Below, in pieces: positions 18,765 through 27,773 of a DNA stretch of 56,553 nt. Below the pieces are notes generated by a model that worked only from the letters and a program-made list of their open reading frames with translations, had not been told where the DNA came from and did not search any database. Source of the stretch: Nitrospirae bacterium JdFR-81 (GTDB lineage: Bacteria; Nitrospirota; Thermodesulfovibrionia; UBA6902); assembly GCA_002011735.1 (NCBI GenBank), contig MTOQ01000013.1, positions 1-56,553 on the forward strand, written 5' to 3'. The translations under genes and the position numbers were made by a program. How positions within the stretch are numbered: the stretch's first letter is position 1; every line of letters begins with the position of its first letter.

Positions 18765-19562
18765 ATGGAGTGGGGGATGAGACAACCTCACTTTTTTATC
18801 CTTCTTATTTTTCTTCTATCCCTTCCTGTAAATGTAGATGGAAGTTCACTCAAGATATCCCCCCTGAAAGTATCGCTCGGTGAAGGCAGACGATCCGCTG
18901 TATTGAGCCTTACGAATACAGGAGAGGAGGCGATAACCCTCCAGGTTTCTGCCAAGAGGTGGCTTCAGGACGAGACGGGCAAGGATATATACAGCGATAC
19001 TGAGGATATTATATTCTTCCCCAGGATATTCCAGATAGAGAAGGGTAAAACGAGAATCATAAGGGTGGGTTACCAAGGGGCAGTAGATGTGCAGGTGGAG
19101 AAGGCATACAGACTGTTTATTGAAGAATTGCCTGTAACAGCTCCCCGGGGGGAGATACTGAGGTTTGTCTTGAGATTCGCTGTGCCTGTTTTTATAACAC
19201 CTTCCAGAGAGGTCAGGAGACCGATTATTGAGAAGGTAGGCCTTGCTCATGGTAGTGTTAGAGTGAAGATAGGGAATGCGGGTAACACACACCTGCTCAT
19301 GAGAAAGCTCGTTATAACCGGCGTTGGGGCATCTGGGAGGGAGGTCTTTTCAAGGGAGACGGCAGGATGGTATATCCTTGAAGGCTCATCAAGGGCTTTT
19401 ATTGTGAATATCACGGAACAGGAGTGTCTGGAGGCAGATGTAATCAAGATAAAGGCCACGGGTGAGCACCTGAATCTTGAGGCCAAGCTGGACCTTAAGC
19501 CAGAGTACTGCAAAGCGTCTGAGAGGAAGGGACGGGCTCATACAGGAAGAAAGGCAGGATGA
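18765..19562 (+). CDS. Fimbrial chaperone (PapD/CsuC-like)
   Basis: ISPLKV, L.NTG, IIFFP.IF, IIRVG, EKAYRLFIEELP, RFAVPVF, NAGNTH. Confidence 0.88.
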   Translation: MEWGMRQPHFFILLIFLLSLPVNVDGSSLKISPLKVSLGEGRRSAVLSLTNTGEEAITLQVSAKRWLQDETGKDIYSDTEDIIFFPRIFQIEKGKTRIIRVGYQGAVDVQVEKAYRLFIEELPVTAPRGEILRFVLRFAVPVFITPSREVRRPIIEKVGLAHGSVRVKIGNAGNTHLLMRKLVITGVGASGREVFSRETAGWYILEGSSRAFIVNITEQECLEADVIKIKATGEHLNLEAKLDLKPEYCKASERKGRAHTGRKAG

Positions 19563-21904
19563 CCGTAGAAGGCCGTTCTTGGAAACCACACCTTATAAGT
19601 CTTGCCTTATTAAATCTGCTCCTTCTTTCCTCATCATTGTATGCAACCAATAGAGTAGTAATGAAGGTCTATCTGAACACCGTAGAGATGGGAGAATATA
19701 TCTTCATCCTCGGGCCTGAGGATACCGTGTTTTTCCCTATGAGGGATCTGCTTGATATGGGTTTCGACAGGCCACCCGAAGATGCGGAAGTAGAGATAGA
19801 AGGAGAGAGGTATATTTTATTAAACAAGATCCAGGGCGTAGGGGTTGAGATAGATAAGGAGAGGGTGATACTCCATATCACCGCTGAACCTCATCTCCTC
19901 AAAAAGCATTTGTTCGATCTCTCATTCAAGGGACCGAAGGATGTCTTATATGTAAGAAATGATTCCGCGTTTCTAAATTATTACCTTGATTATCTAACGG
20001 GTGATGTAGATTTTGGATCGTTGTCCCTTTCTCTTGAGACCGGGGTGAATATAGGGGGTTATTTCGGTCATTCCAATTTTTCTTATCTGAATTCGAATAG
20101 TGAGGATAGATTTGTAAGATTGATGACGAGCATAACAAAGGATGACCCTGTGACACTCCGAAGGTACGTACTTGGTGACTCCTTTGCTACCTCAGGGCTG
20201 TATCTCAGTGGAGGATTAATCCTTGGGGGAGTGGGTATCTCGAAGAACTATAAGATAAATCCTTATTTTATAAAGGTGCCAAGTCTCACCCTCTCGGGTG
20301 CTGTCCAGACACCATCAGACATTGAAATCTATGTGGATGATTACCTCATAAGAAGAGAGAGAGTGCCTCCAGGAGAGTTTGAGTTCTTAAACCTTATAGA
20401 GAGGCCGGGTGCGGGCATATCCACCATATTGATAAAGGATGCATATGGACGTGTGAAAAAGGTGGATACCCCGTTTTATATCTCTTCCTCCCTCCTCAGG
20501 CCAGGCGTCCAGGAGTACAGTTACACCCTGGGATTCAAGAGGGAGGATTTTGGCAAAGAGAGTTTCAGATACACCGAACCCTTGTTGATAGGTTTTCATC
20601 GACTTGGGCTTACTGATACCCTAACGGTAGGAGCCGGGATAGAAGGTGGCAGGGAAGGATTTAATCTTTCACCCTCGATCACCTTTCTCCTCGGACTGGC
20701 AGGAGAGATGCATATCTCTGGTGCAATAAGTAACCATAATGGTCAAATTGGCTATGGAGCATTATTGGGTTATAGTTATACCAGCAGAAAGAAGAGTCTG
20801 AGGATTTCCGTCCGTGGCTTCAGCAGAGGATACTCAAATGTCTCTCTCCTTCCTTCGCAGGACAAGCCCTGGTTTGAGGGTAATATAAACTCTGGATATA
20901 ACCTTGGAAGGCTTGGAACCATCTCGGTAGGGTTTTCAATGGGAGATTATTATGCCTCTACAGAGGTAAAAAGATTCTCGATAAACTATACAAAGAGACT
21001 CAGAAAAGACCTCTCCTTTCATCTCAGGTTCACCAGGACAGAAACAGATGAGGTGGTTAATAAGGTCTTTATAGGGCTGAGAATCTCTCTGGGAGGGCAT
21101 CATTCAGGGGAGGCAAAATACACATCGGACGGGGAAGTCTCAGAGCAGACCCTGTTGATCTACAAGGATCCACCGTTCAAGAAAGGCATAGGATACAGGC
21201 TGAATATTGAAAGGGTAGCCTCTGAGACAGAAAATGGAGAGGTGAATGGTGATGTTCTCATACACTACCGTTTTCCTGCGGCCATCAGCAGAATTAATTA
21301 CAGGCATATCTCCGGAGAGGATGTCTATAATCTTGGCGTAACAGGAGGGATAGTGTTTATAAAGGACTCCCTGTTTTTAACGCGCCCTATTACAGACAGT
21401 TTTGTACTTGTCAGGGTGGATGGACTCGAAGGGGTAAGGGTATATTATAGCAACAAGGAGGTAGGTCGGACGAACAGAAAAGGGGATCTCATTGTGCCAT
21501 ACATCCTCTCATACCATCCCAATAACATCTCCATTGAGCCTGAAGATATACCTGTGCAATATGAATTAAAAGCAGTGAAGAAGTATGTTACAACCCCCTA
21601 TAGGGGTGGTGGTATCATGGAATTTGAGACAAGAGCGCTTCAAGGTTTTATAGGCCACCTCTTTATGCTTCAGAAAGGCAGAAAGGAGCCTGCTGAATAT
21701 GGAAGACTCGAGATTAAGGCAGAAGACAGCGTTATCAAAACAGTGACAGGTAAGGGTGGAGAGTTTTATCTTGAGAACCTCCCACCAGGGAAATTCCCTG
21801 CGAGGCTCTTCCTTAAGGATATGGAATGTGATTTTGAGTTAACCATACCACACAGCAACAAGGTGATTGTGAATATTGGAGAGGTGATATGTCATATGAA
21901 TTAG
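19559..21904 (+). CDS. Fimbrial outer-membrane usher (CsuD-like)
   Basis: RFVRLMTS, LGDSF, PSDIEIYVD, DAYGR, LLRPG, SFVLV, G.T..KG.L.VP, C-terminal Cys pair. Confidence 0.9.
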   Translation: MTVEGRSWKPHLISLALLNLLLLSSSLYATNRVVMKVYLNTVEMGEYIFILGPEDTVFFPMRDLLDMGFDRPPEDAEVEIEGERYILLNKIQGVGVEIDKERVILHITAEPHLLKKHLFDLSFKGPKDVLYVRNDSAFLNYYLDYLTGDVDFGSLSLSLETGVNIGGYFGHSNFSYLNSNSEDRFVRLMTSITKDDPVTLRRYVLGDSFATSGLYLSGGLILGGVGISKNYKINPYFIKVPSLTLSGAVQTPSDIEIYVDDYLIRRERVPPGEFEFLNLIERPGAGISTILIKDAYGRVKKVDTPFYISSSLLRPGVQEYSYTLGFKREDFGKESFRYTEPLLIGFHRLGLTDTLTVGAGIEGGREGFNLSPSITFLLGLAGEMHISGAISNHNGQIGYGALLGYSYTSRKKSLRISVRGFSRGYSNVSLLPSQDKPWFEGNINSGYNLGRLGTISVGFSMGDYYASTEVKRFSINYTKRLRKDLSFHLRFTRTETDEVVNKVFIGLRISLGGHHSGEAKYTSDGEVSEQTLLIYKDPPFKKGIGYRLNIERVASETENGEVNGDVLIHYRFPAAISRINYRHISGEDVYNLGVTGGIVFIKDSLFLTRPITDSFVLVRVDGLEGVRVYYSNKEVGRTNRKGDLIVPYILSYHPNNISIEPEDIPVQYELKAVKKYVTTPYRGGGIMEFETRALQGFIGHLFMLQKGRKEPAEYGRLEIKAEDSVIKTVTGKGGEFYLENLPPGKFPARLFLKDMECDFELTIPHSNKVIVNIGEVICHMN

Positions 21905-21926
21905 GGAGAATGGTATAATAATCTGC

Positions 21927-22310
21927 ATGATACTTCATCACATAGGGATAGTGAATGATGCTGAAGAGAAGGCTGAGAGGTTCTATGGAGAGTTCCTCGG
22001 CCTCAGGAAGGCAAGGCAGTATACTGTCCCGCCTGAACTTTCAGAACAACTCTTCTCGATCAGACAGGAGATAAGGGCCATAGTCTATGAGACCGAGGGT
22101 GTGAGGGTCGAGGTCTTCATATGTCCTGAAAGCAAGAACCCTTCTACAGAAATAAGACACTTTGCACTCCATGTTGATGACATAGAAACATTTCTCAGAA
22201 GGGCCAGAGAATTCTCTGTTGAGCACATTGTCGGTAAGACAAAGGACAAGACCGTCCACTTCATCAGGGATTACTCAGGTAACCTTATAGAGATAAAGCA
22301 GAGACAATAA
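21927..22310 (+). CDS. VOC/glyoxalase family protein
   Basis: LHHIGI, FY..FLGL, HFALHVDD, FIRDYSGNLIEI. Confidence 0.85.
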   Translation: MILHHIGIVNDAEEKAERFYGEFLGLRKARQYTVPPELSEQLFSIRQEIRAIVYETEGVRVEVFICPESKNPSTEIRHFALHVDDIETFLRRAREFSVEHIVGKTKDKTVHFIRDYSGNLIEIKQRQ

Positions 22311-22374
22311 CCCTGAATACGTTTTCTATGGGTGGATTATCTTTAACCGGACTCGGGGACAGCGGCGAGGGAGG

Positions 22375-23493
22375 ATGGAACGGATAACGAAAAGGGAGGG
22401 ACTCAGGCTCCTGAAGGAGGCGGATATCCTTGGCCTCGGGATGATGGCTGACAGGATGAGGAGGAGACTCCACCCTCATAAGAGGGTGACATTCATAATC
22501 GACAGGAATATCAATTACACCAATGTCTGTATAAACCGTTGCAGGTTCTGTGCATTCTGGCGGGACATGGATGACAGAGATGCATATGTATTAAGCAAAA
22601 GGAGTCTCTTCCACAAGATCAGACAGACCATAAAGCAGGGTGGCACACAGATACTCATCCAGGGAGGTCTCCATCCAGGGCTCGGTATTGAGTATTATGT
22701 TGATCTGTTGAGGTCAATAAAGGAGAGGTTCGATATCCATATCCATGGCTTCTCCCCTCCAGAGATATGGTATATGGCAGAAAGGGCAGGCCTCTCATTG
22801 AGGAAGACCATAAGTATCCTCAGGGAGGCAGGCCTCGATTCAATCCCAGGTGGTGGGGCAGAGATACTATCGGACAGGGTGAGGAGGCAGATAAGTCCGA
22901 GGAAGATAGGCAAGCACAGGTGGTTGAGGGTGATGGAGGAGGCACACAGGCTTGGCATGAAGACCACTGCAACCATGATGTTTGGAAGCATAGAGGAGCC
23001 AGAGGATATCATCGAGCACCTTGACGCCATCAGGAGGTTGCAGGACAGGACAGGTGGCTTTACTGCCTTTATACCATGGAGCTTCCAGCCGGGCAACACG
23101 GAGATCGGCTCACGGTTCACGGGCAATGGTTCGCGGTTTCATCCTGCTACAGGTGTTGAATACCTGAGGGTCCTTGCCCTCTCAAGGATATATCTTGATA
23201 ACATCCCCAACATTCAGGCCTCGTGGGTGACACAGGGGCTCAAGATGGCACAGGTTGCGCTGAGGTTTGGCGCAAACGACTTTGGCTCAACCATGCTCGA
23301 GGAGAATGTGGTTGCCGCTACAGGGGTAAGATACAGGGTCTCGCTCGGTGATATCATTAATGCCATAAGGGGTGCAGGTTTTATCCCTGCACAGAGGGAT
23401 ATGTACTACAACATAATAAGACTCTGGGATGAAAATGGACAGGACGATAAGGAAGACCATAGCAGACATCTACAGGGTCAACCTCGGTGTTAG
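22375..23493 (+). CDS. mqnC: Cyclic dehypoxanthinyl futalosine synthase (radical SAM)
   Basis: DRNINYTNVCINRCRFCAF, SIPGGGAEIL, TATMMFG, FIPWSFQP, QASWVTQG, GANDFGSTMLEENVV. Confidence 0.9.
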   Translation: MERITKREGLRLLKEADILGLGMMADRMRRRLHPHKRVTFIIDRNINYTNVCINRCRFCAFWRDMDDRDAYVLSKRSLFHKIRQTIKQGGTQILIQGGLHPGLGIEYYVDLLRSIKERFDIHIHGFSPPEIWYMAERAGLSLRKTISILREAGLDSIPGGGAEILSDRVRRQISPRKIGKHRWLRVMEEAHRLGMKTTATMMFGSIEEPEDIIEHLDAIRRLQDRTGGFTAFIPWSFQPGNTEIGSRFTGNGSRFHPATGVEYLRVLALSRIYLDNIPNIQASWVTQGLKMAQVALRFGANDFGSTMLEENVVAATGVRYRVSLGDIINAIRGAGFIPAQRDMYYNIIRLWDENGQDDKEDHSRHLQGQPRC

Positions 23494-24529
23494 GAACAGG
23501 GAACGTCTCCTGATCTTCACGGACGATTCTGATAAAGAGGTGGTCAGGATAGCAGGTCTGTTCAGAGAGGTTGGGGAGGGGCTTGGTGGACCTGAGATTC
23601 GCTATATAGAATTTCCATCTACAGGCAGCCATGGTGCTGAGCCGCCTGAACCACTGTGGGTAGAGGCCTTTGGCAGAGGGGCGGTCGAATCTATCAAATC
23701 AAAGGGCCTTTTCAGGCCTCTTCTTAAGAAGAGCGCTGACAGGAGGAGTCTGAGCAGGATCAGGACGATCATCAGGAGGTTCAGGGAGGATGCCGTGGAT
23801 GTGGTTATCGCCCTGTCCTATTTCTCCACCACCCACACGATATTCCGTGACCTCCTTACAGGGGTTTGTGGTGCAAGATATGCAAGCATGCCTCTGTTCG
23901 ATATCTCCATGCTCAAGGGGCCCATGAGGGTTGACTGGAGGGAGATGTCGAAGAGGACGAGGAGGATGGCAAGGAGGATGGACAGATATGATACCATAGA
24001 GCTGAGCACACCCAATGGGACATCTCTCAGGTTTTCAAAGAAGGGCAGGAAGGCAATGGCAGATACAGGGATACTGACAGAGAGCGGTTCGGTGAGTAAC
24101 CTCCCTGCTGGTGAGGTGTATCTTGCACCTGTCGAAGGCACGGCAGAGGGAAGGCTTGTGCTTGAGTGGGCACCAACACGGAGGCTTAAAAGCCCTGTTA
24201 TCCTTGATGTTGAGGGTGGTGTGGTCAGGGGTATCTCAGGGGATGATGAGTATGCTGAGGTTCTTCAGGAGAGGCTTTCTGAGAGGCCTGAAAATGCAAA
24301 CATAGCGGAATTTGGTATCGGCACCAATGACAGGGCATCAAGGCCTGACAACATACTCGAGTCTGAAAAGATACTCGGCACAGTGCACATAGCACTGGGT
24401 GATAACTCCTCATTTGGCGGGAAGGTGAGAACCCCATTTCACCAGGATTTTATATTCTTCAATCCAACGGTCGTCCTCATCAGCAGGACGGGAAGGACAA
24501 CACTGATCAAGGACGGGAGGCCCTATTAA
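23429..24529 (+). CDS. Peptidase M29-like aminopeptidase
   Basis: NLPAGEVYLAP, IAEFGIGTN, ILESEKILGTVHIALGDN, HQD. Confidence 0.85.
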   Translation: MKMDRTIRKTIADIYRVNLGVRNRERLLIFTDDSDKEVVRIAGLFREVGEGLGGPEIRYIEFPSTGSHGAEPPEPLWVEAFGRGAVESIKSKGLFRPLLKKSADRRSLSRIRTIIRRFREDAVDVVIALSYFSTTHTIFRDLLTGVCGARYASMPLFDISMLKGPMRVDWREMSKRTRRMARRMDRYDTIELSTPNGTSLRFSKKGRKAMADTGILTESGSVSNLPAGEVYLAPVEGTAEGRLVLEWAPTRRLKSPVILDVEGGVVRGISGDDEYAEVLQERLSERPENANIAEFGIGTNDRASRPDNILESEKILGTVHIALGDNSSFGGKVRTPFHQDFIFFNPTVVLISRTGRTTLIKDGRPY

Positions 24530-24533
24530 ATTA

Positions 24534-24563
24534 TTGACACTCCTGAAAAAGGTATGTTATAGT
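24534..24563 (+). promoter_or_regulatory. Sigma70 promoter for the glycosyltransferase cluster
   Basis: TTGACA-N18-TATAGT with extended TG. Confidence 0.6.
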
Positions 24564-24600
24564 CCTTGAACAAAATTCTCGGAGAGAACAGGGACGGGGA

Positions 24601-26112
24601 ATGCTTCTCTATCTGTTCCTTGCAATATATTTCGTCATCCTTATAGCCGTATTCTTTTATGCATCACACCGTTATTACATGGTATATCTCTACTACAGGC
24701 ACCAGAAGGACAGGCCCCGCCTCACCAGAAGACTGCCCTCCCTCCCGAGGGTAACCATACAGCTGCCAATCTACAACGAGATGTATGTTGTGAGGAGGTT
24801 GATCACCGCAACCTGCAATATTGATTACCCGAGAGAACTCCTTGATATACAGGTGTTAGATGACTCTACAGACGAGACCTCAAGGATTGCGCAGGAGTGT
24901 GTGAGGGAGTTCAGGCAGAAGGGATATGACATCGTTTATATCCATCGTAAGGAGAGGGTGGGATTCAAGGCAGGTGCGCTTGCAGAGGGGATGAAGAGTG
25001 CAAAGGGTGAGTTCATTGCCATCTTTGATGCAGATTTTGTCCCTCCAAGGGATATACTACAGAGGACCATCCATTACTTTGCAGATGAGAAGGTGGGTAT
25101 GGTGCAGACCCGGTGGACATATCTGAACAGGGACTACTCGCTACTGTCAAAGGTACAGGCCATAATGCTGGATGGCCACTTTGTCATAGAACATACGGCA
25201 AGGAACTGGTCAGGCAGGTTCTTTAATTTTAACGGGACAGCAGGCATCTGGAGGAGAGAGGCCATAGAGACATCAGGTGGCTGGGAGCATGATACGCTCA
25301 CAGAAGACCTCGACCTCAGTTACAGGGCACAGCTTAGAGGCTGGAGGTTCATCTTCCTCAGAGACGAGGTCTCACCCTCTGAGATACCTGTTGAGATTAA
25401 TGGTTTCAAGAGTCAACAGCACAGGTGGGCAAAGGGCTCGATCCAGACGGCCAAGAAACTCCTGCCACAGATATTAAAGAGCGACCTCCCCTTAAAGATA
25501 AAGGTTGAGGCATTCTTCCACCTTACCAATAATATGGCCTACCTCCTCATGCTCCTGCTCTCCATCCTGATGTATCCGTCGATGGTGGCAAGGATCAACA
25601 TCGGCTGGTTCCAGATGCTCGTTACCGATGTGCCATTCCTGCTGGTTGCTACGGTGGGGATTTCGTTCTTTTACACATGTTCACAGAGGGAGTCAACAAA
25701 GAACTGGATATCGAGACTCATCTATATGCCGATGTTGATGTCTATCGGTATCGGCCTATCAGTGAATAACTCAAAGGCTGTGCTCGAGGCACTCTTTAAC
25801 AGGCAGACAGAGTTCCAGAGGACACCGAAGTTCAAGATAGAGGACAAGAAGGACAGGTGGTATAACAAGAGATACAGGGGGAAGATAAGCCCCCTTGTCC
25901 TTGTAGAGCTACTGCTTGGTGTATACTTCACATTCAACATCTATTTTGCATATATAAACAGGATCTATGTCTCCATCCCCTTCTTGATGATATTCCAGGT
26001 TGGATATTTTTATGTTGCATTTTTATCCCTTTATCAGATAATATTTGGACATATATTTTTGAAATACCACGGCCTTTTCAGGAAAAAGGCCGAGGATGTG
26101 GTTACAGCATAA
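24601..26112 (+). CDS. Processive cellulose-synthase-like GT2
   Basis: QLPIYNE, QVLDDSTD, FKAGAL, FDADF, TEDLDL, QQHRWAKG (D,D,D,QxxRW); C-terminal TM helices; no PilZ extension. Confidence 0.9.
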   Translation: MLLYLFLAIYFVILIAVFFYASHRYYMVYLYYRHQKDRPRLTRRLPSLPRVTIQLPIYNEMYVVRRLITATCNIDYPRELLDIQVLDDSTDETSRIAQECVREFRQKGYDIVYIHRKERVGFKAGALAEGMKSAKGEFIAIFDADFVPPRDILQRTIHYFADEKVGMVQTRWTYLNRDYSLLSKVQAIMLDGHFVIEHTARNWSGRFFNFNGTAGIWRREAIETSGGWEHDTLTEDLDLSYRAQLRGWRFIFLRDEVSPSEIPVEINGFKSQQHRWAKGSIQTAKKLLPQILKSDLPLKIKVEAFFHLTNNMAYLLMLLLSILMYPSMVARINIGWFQMLVTDVPFLLVATVGISFFYTCSQRESTKNWISRLIYMPMLMSIGIGLSVNNSKAVLEALFNRQTEFQRTPKFKIEDKKDRWYNKRYRGKISPLVLVELLLGVYFTFNIYFAYINRIYVSIPFLMIFQVGYFYVAFLSLYQIIFGHIFLKYHGLFRKKAEDVVTA

Positions 26113-26141
26113 TATAAAACTTATACCACAGGAGGTAAGAG

Positions 26142-27140
26142 ATGAGGGGGAAGATTTGTATTGTGCTTTTTATCCTTATCATAGGAGGTCTATTATTACC
26201 CTATAGTGCCTTCTCTGCGTGGACACAGCCCAAGGGCCATTCCTATCATCAGCTGACGGTCAGCTACTACATAACCAATCAGAAGTTCCAGTCAATGAAG
26301 AAGGATGAGACAGGGGCGGTCATTGATCCCAATTCAGGGATACACAAATACCCTGCACCTGAGTTCACATCGACAAAGATAACCTACTATGGAGAATACG
26401 GGATTATCGATAAACTCACGGTATATACCTCTATCCCCTATGACTGGCAGGAGTCTGAGGACACAAAGAGGTATGCAGGTGAGAACGGACCAAGCGGTAT
26501 AGGCGATATAAATCTTGGCCTGAGATATAACATCACCCAGGCCCTGCTGGGATCAAAATGGCTGATGTCTGTGCAGGGGGAGTTGAAGATACCAGAGGCG
26601 TATGATTATGGGCATCCCCTGAGAGAGCTTAGCCTGGGTAGTGGGCAGTACGACCTGACCCTTACAGCGATGTTGGGCAGGGCCTTTGACTGGGGCTATG
26701 CATGGGCAAATCTGGGTTATAAATTCCGTTTTGAGAATGATAAATACGATCCCATAACATTCGACCCCTCTGACCAGGTGAAGATATCCTTTGGTGGCGG
26801 ATATCAGGTGACATCAAGGTTTTCAATCAGGGGTAGCGTTGACATCTCAAAGTCTGTTGGAAACGCATCAGTGTCAAAGGAGCTTATAAGGGAGAATTAT
26901 AAGTATGGTGGCATCGCAGAGTATGGCGATACTGTTATTATTAAGGATACCCTCGGCCTCGAACCTGATGTGGTGAATGTGGGTGTCAGTTTCGTTTATA
27001 ATATAACAAAACAGTGCTGGCCCAAGTGTGTGCAGGTCGTCCTCTCCTATAACAAGGATATAGAGGGTCTTGGTCCATTCCGCACAAAGGACTACTCAGA
27101 GGGCCACACCTTCAGTGCAGCCGTGGCGGTCATGTTTTAA
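26142..27140 (+). CDS. Putative outer-membrane beta-barrel protein
   Basis: Signal peptide, AWTQPKG, YGEYG, GIGDINLGLRY, LGSGQYD, amphipathic strands, terminal Phe. Confidence 0.7.
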   Translation: MRGKICIVLFILIIGGLLLPYSAFSAWTQPKGHSYHQLTVSYYITNQKFQSMKKDETGAVIDPNSGIHKYPAPEFTSTKITYYGEYGIIDKLTVYTSIPYDWQESEDTKRYAGENGPSGIGDINLGLRYNITQALLGSKWLMSVQGELKIPEAYDYGHPLRELSLGSGQYDLTLTAMLGRAFDWGYAWANLGYKFRFENDKYDPITFDPSDQVKISFGGGYQVTSRFSIRGSVDISKSVGNASVSKELIRENYKYGGIAEYGDTVIIKDTLGLEPDVVNVGVSFVYNITKQCWPKCVQVVLSYNKDIEGLGPFRTKDYSEGHTFSAAVAVMF

Positions 27141-27152
27141 TATAATGGCATC

Positions 27153-27187
27153 TGGTGGGGCTGGTCACAGTGGGGTCAGCCCCACCA
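27153..27187. other. Intergenic hairpin between the beta-barrel and TPR genes
   Basis: TGGTGGGGCTG ... CAGCCCCACCA 11-bp stem, no U-tract. Confidence 0.6.
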
Positions 27188-27194
27188 TCCAAGG

Positions 27195-27773
27195 ATGAAG
27201 CCAGCAAGGGTCCTTTTCCTCTTATTAATTCTATTCTGTATCATTGTCCTGCTATCCTATGTCCTTGAGAACAGACACACCCTTCTTGGTATCTTTTATC
27301 AGACCCTAAAGATGGATGAGGATGCTTTAAGGGAGTTTGAGAAGGCCGTTGAATCAAACCCCAGTGATGCATATGCATACTATCAGATGGGCCTCATTTA
27401 TAAGGAGATGAGGGATTTTGACAGGGCAGAGGAGGCATATAAGAGGCTCCTGAGGATCTTCCCTGACCATCCTGATGCAAACTATGACCTCGGGTATGTG
27501 TACAGGGAGAAGGGTTTATATGATAGGGCGATAAGGCAGTATAAAAAGGCACTCTCCATAAATCCTGAGAACGTCTATGCCCATTATGACCTGGGCTATA
27601 TATATAGAAAGATGGGAGATTATCAGAAGGCACTGGAGGAGTACAGGAAGGCGATCGAGATCGATCCCAGGCACCCATATTCACATTATGACCTGGGTCT
27701 TATCTATGAGAAGATGGGCATGAAGGAGAAGGCCGAGGAGGAGTTCAGGATCTATCACGAGATAGCCGACTGA
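27195..27773 (+). CDS. Membrane-anchored TPR protein
   Basis: N-terminal hydrophobic helix; 4-5 regular TPRs (A.YDLG.IY..MG....A...Y.KA..I.P). Confidence 0.88.
   Translation: MKPARVLFLLLILFCIIVLLSYVLENRHTLLGIFYQTLKMDEDALREFEKAVESNPSDAYAYYQMGLIYKEMRDFDRAEEAYKRLLRIFPDHPDANYDLGYVYREKGLYDRAIRQYKKALSINPENVYAHYDLGYIYRKMGDYQKALEEYRKAIEIDPRHPYSHYDLGLIYEKMGMKEKAEEEFRIYHEIAD

Noticed and set aside
27400-27720. DNA-level repeats (TATGACCT.GG) in the TPR gene
   Set aside because: Explained by ordinary 34-aa TPR periodicity.
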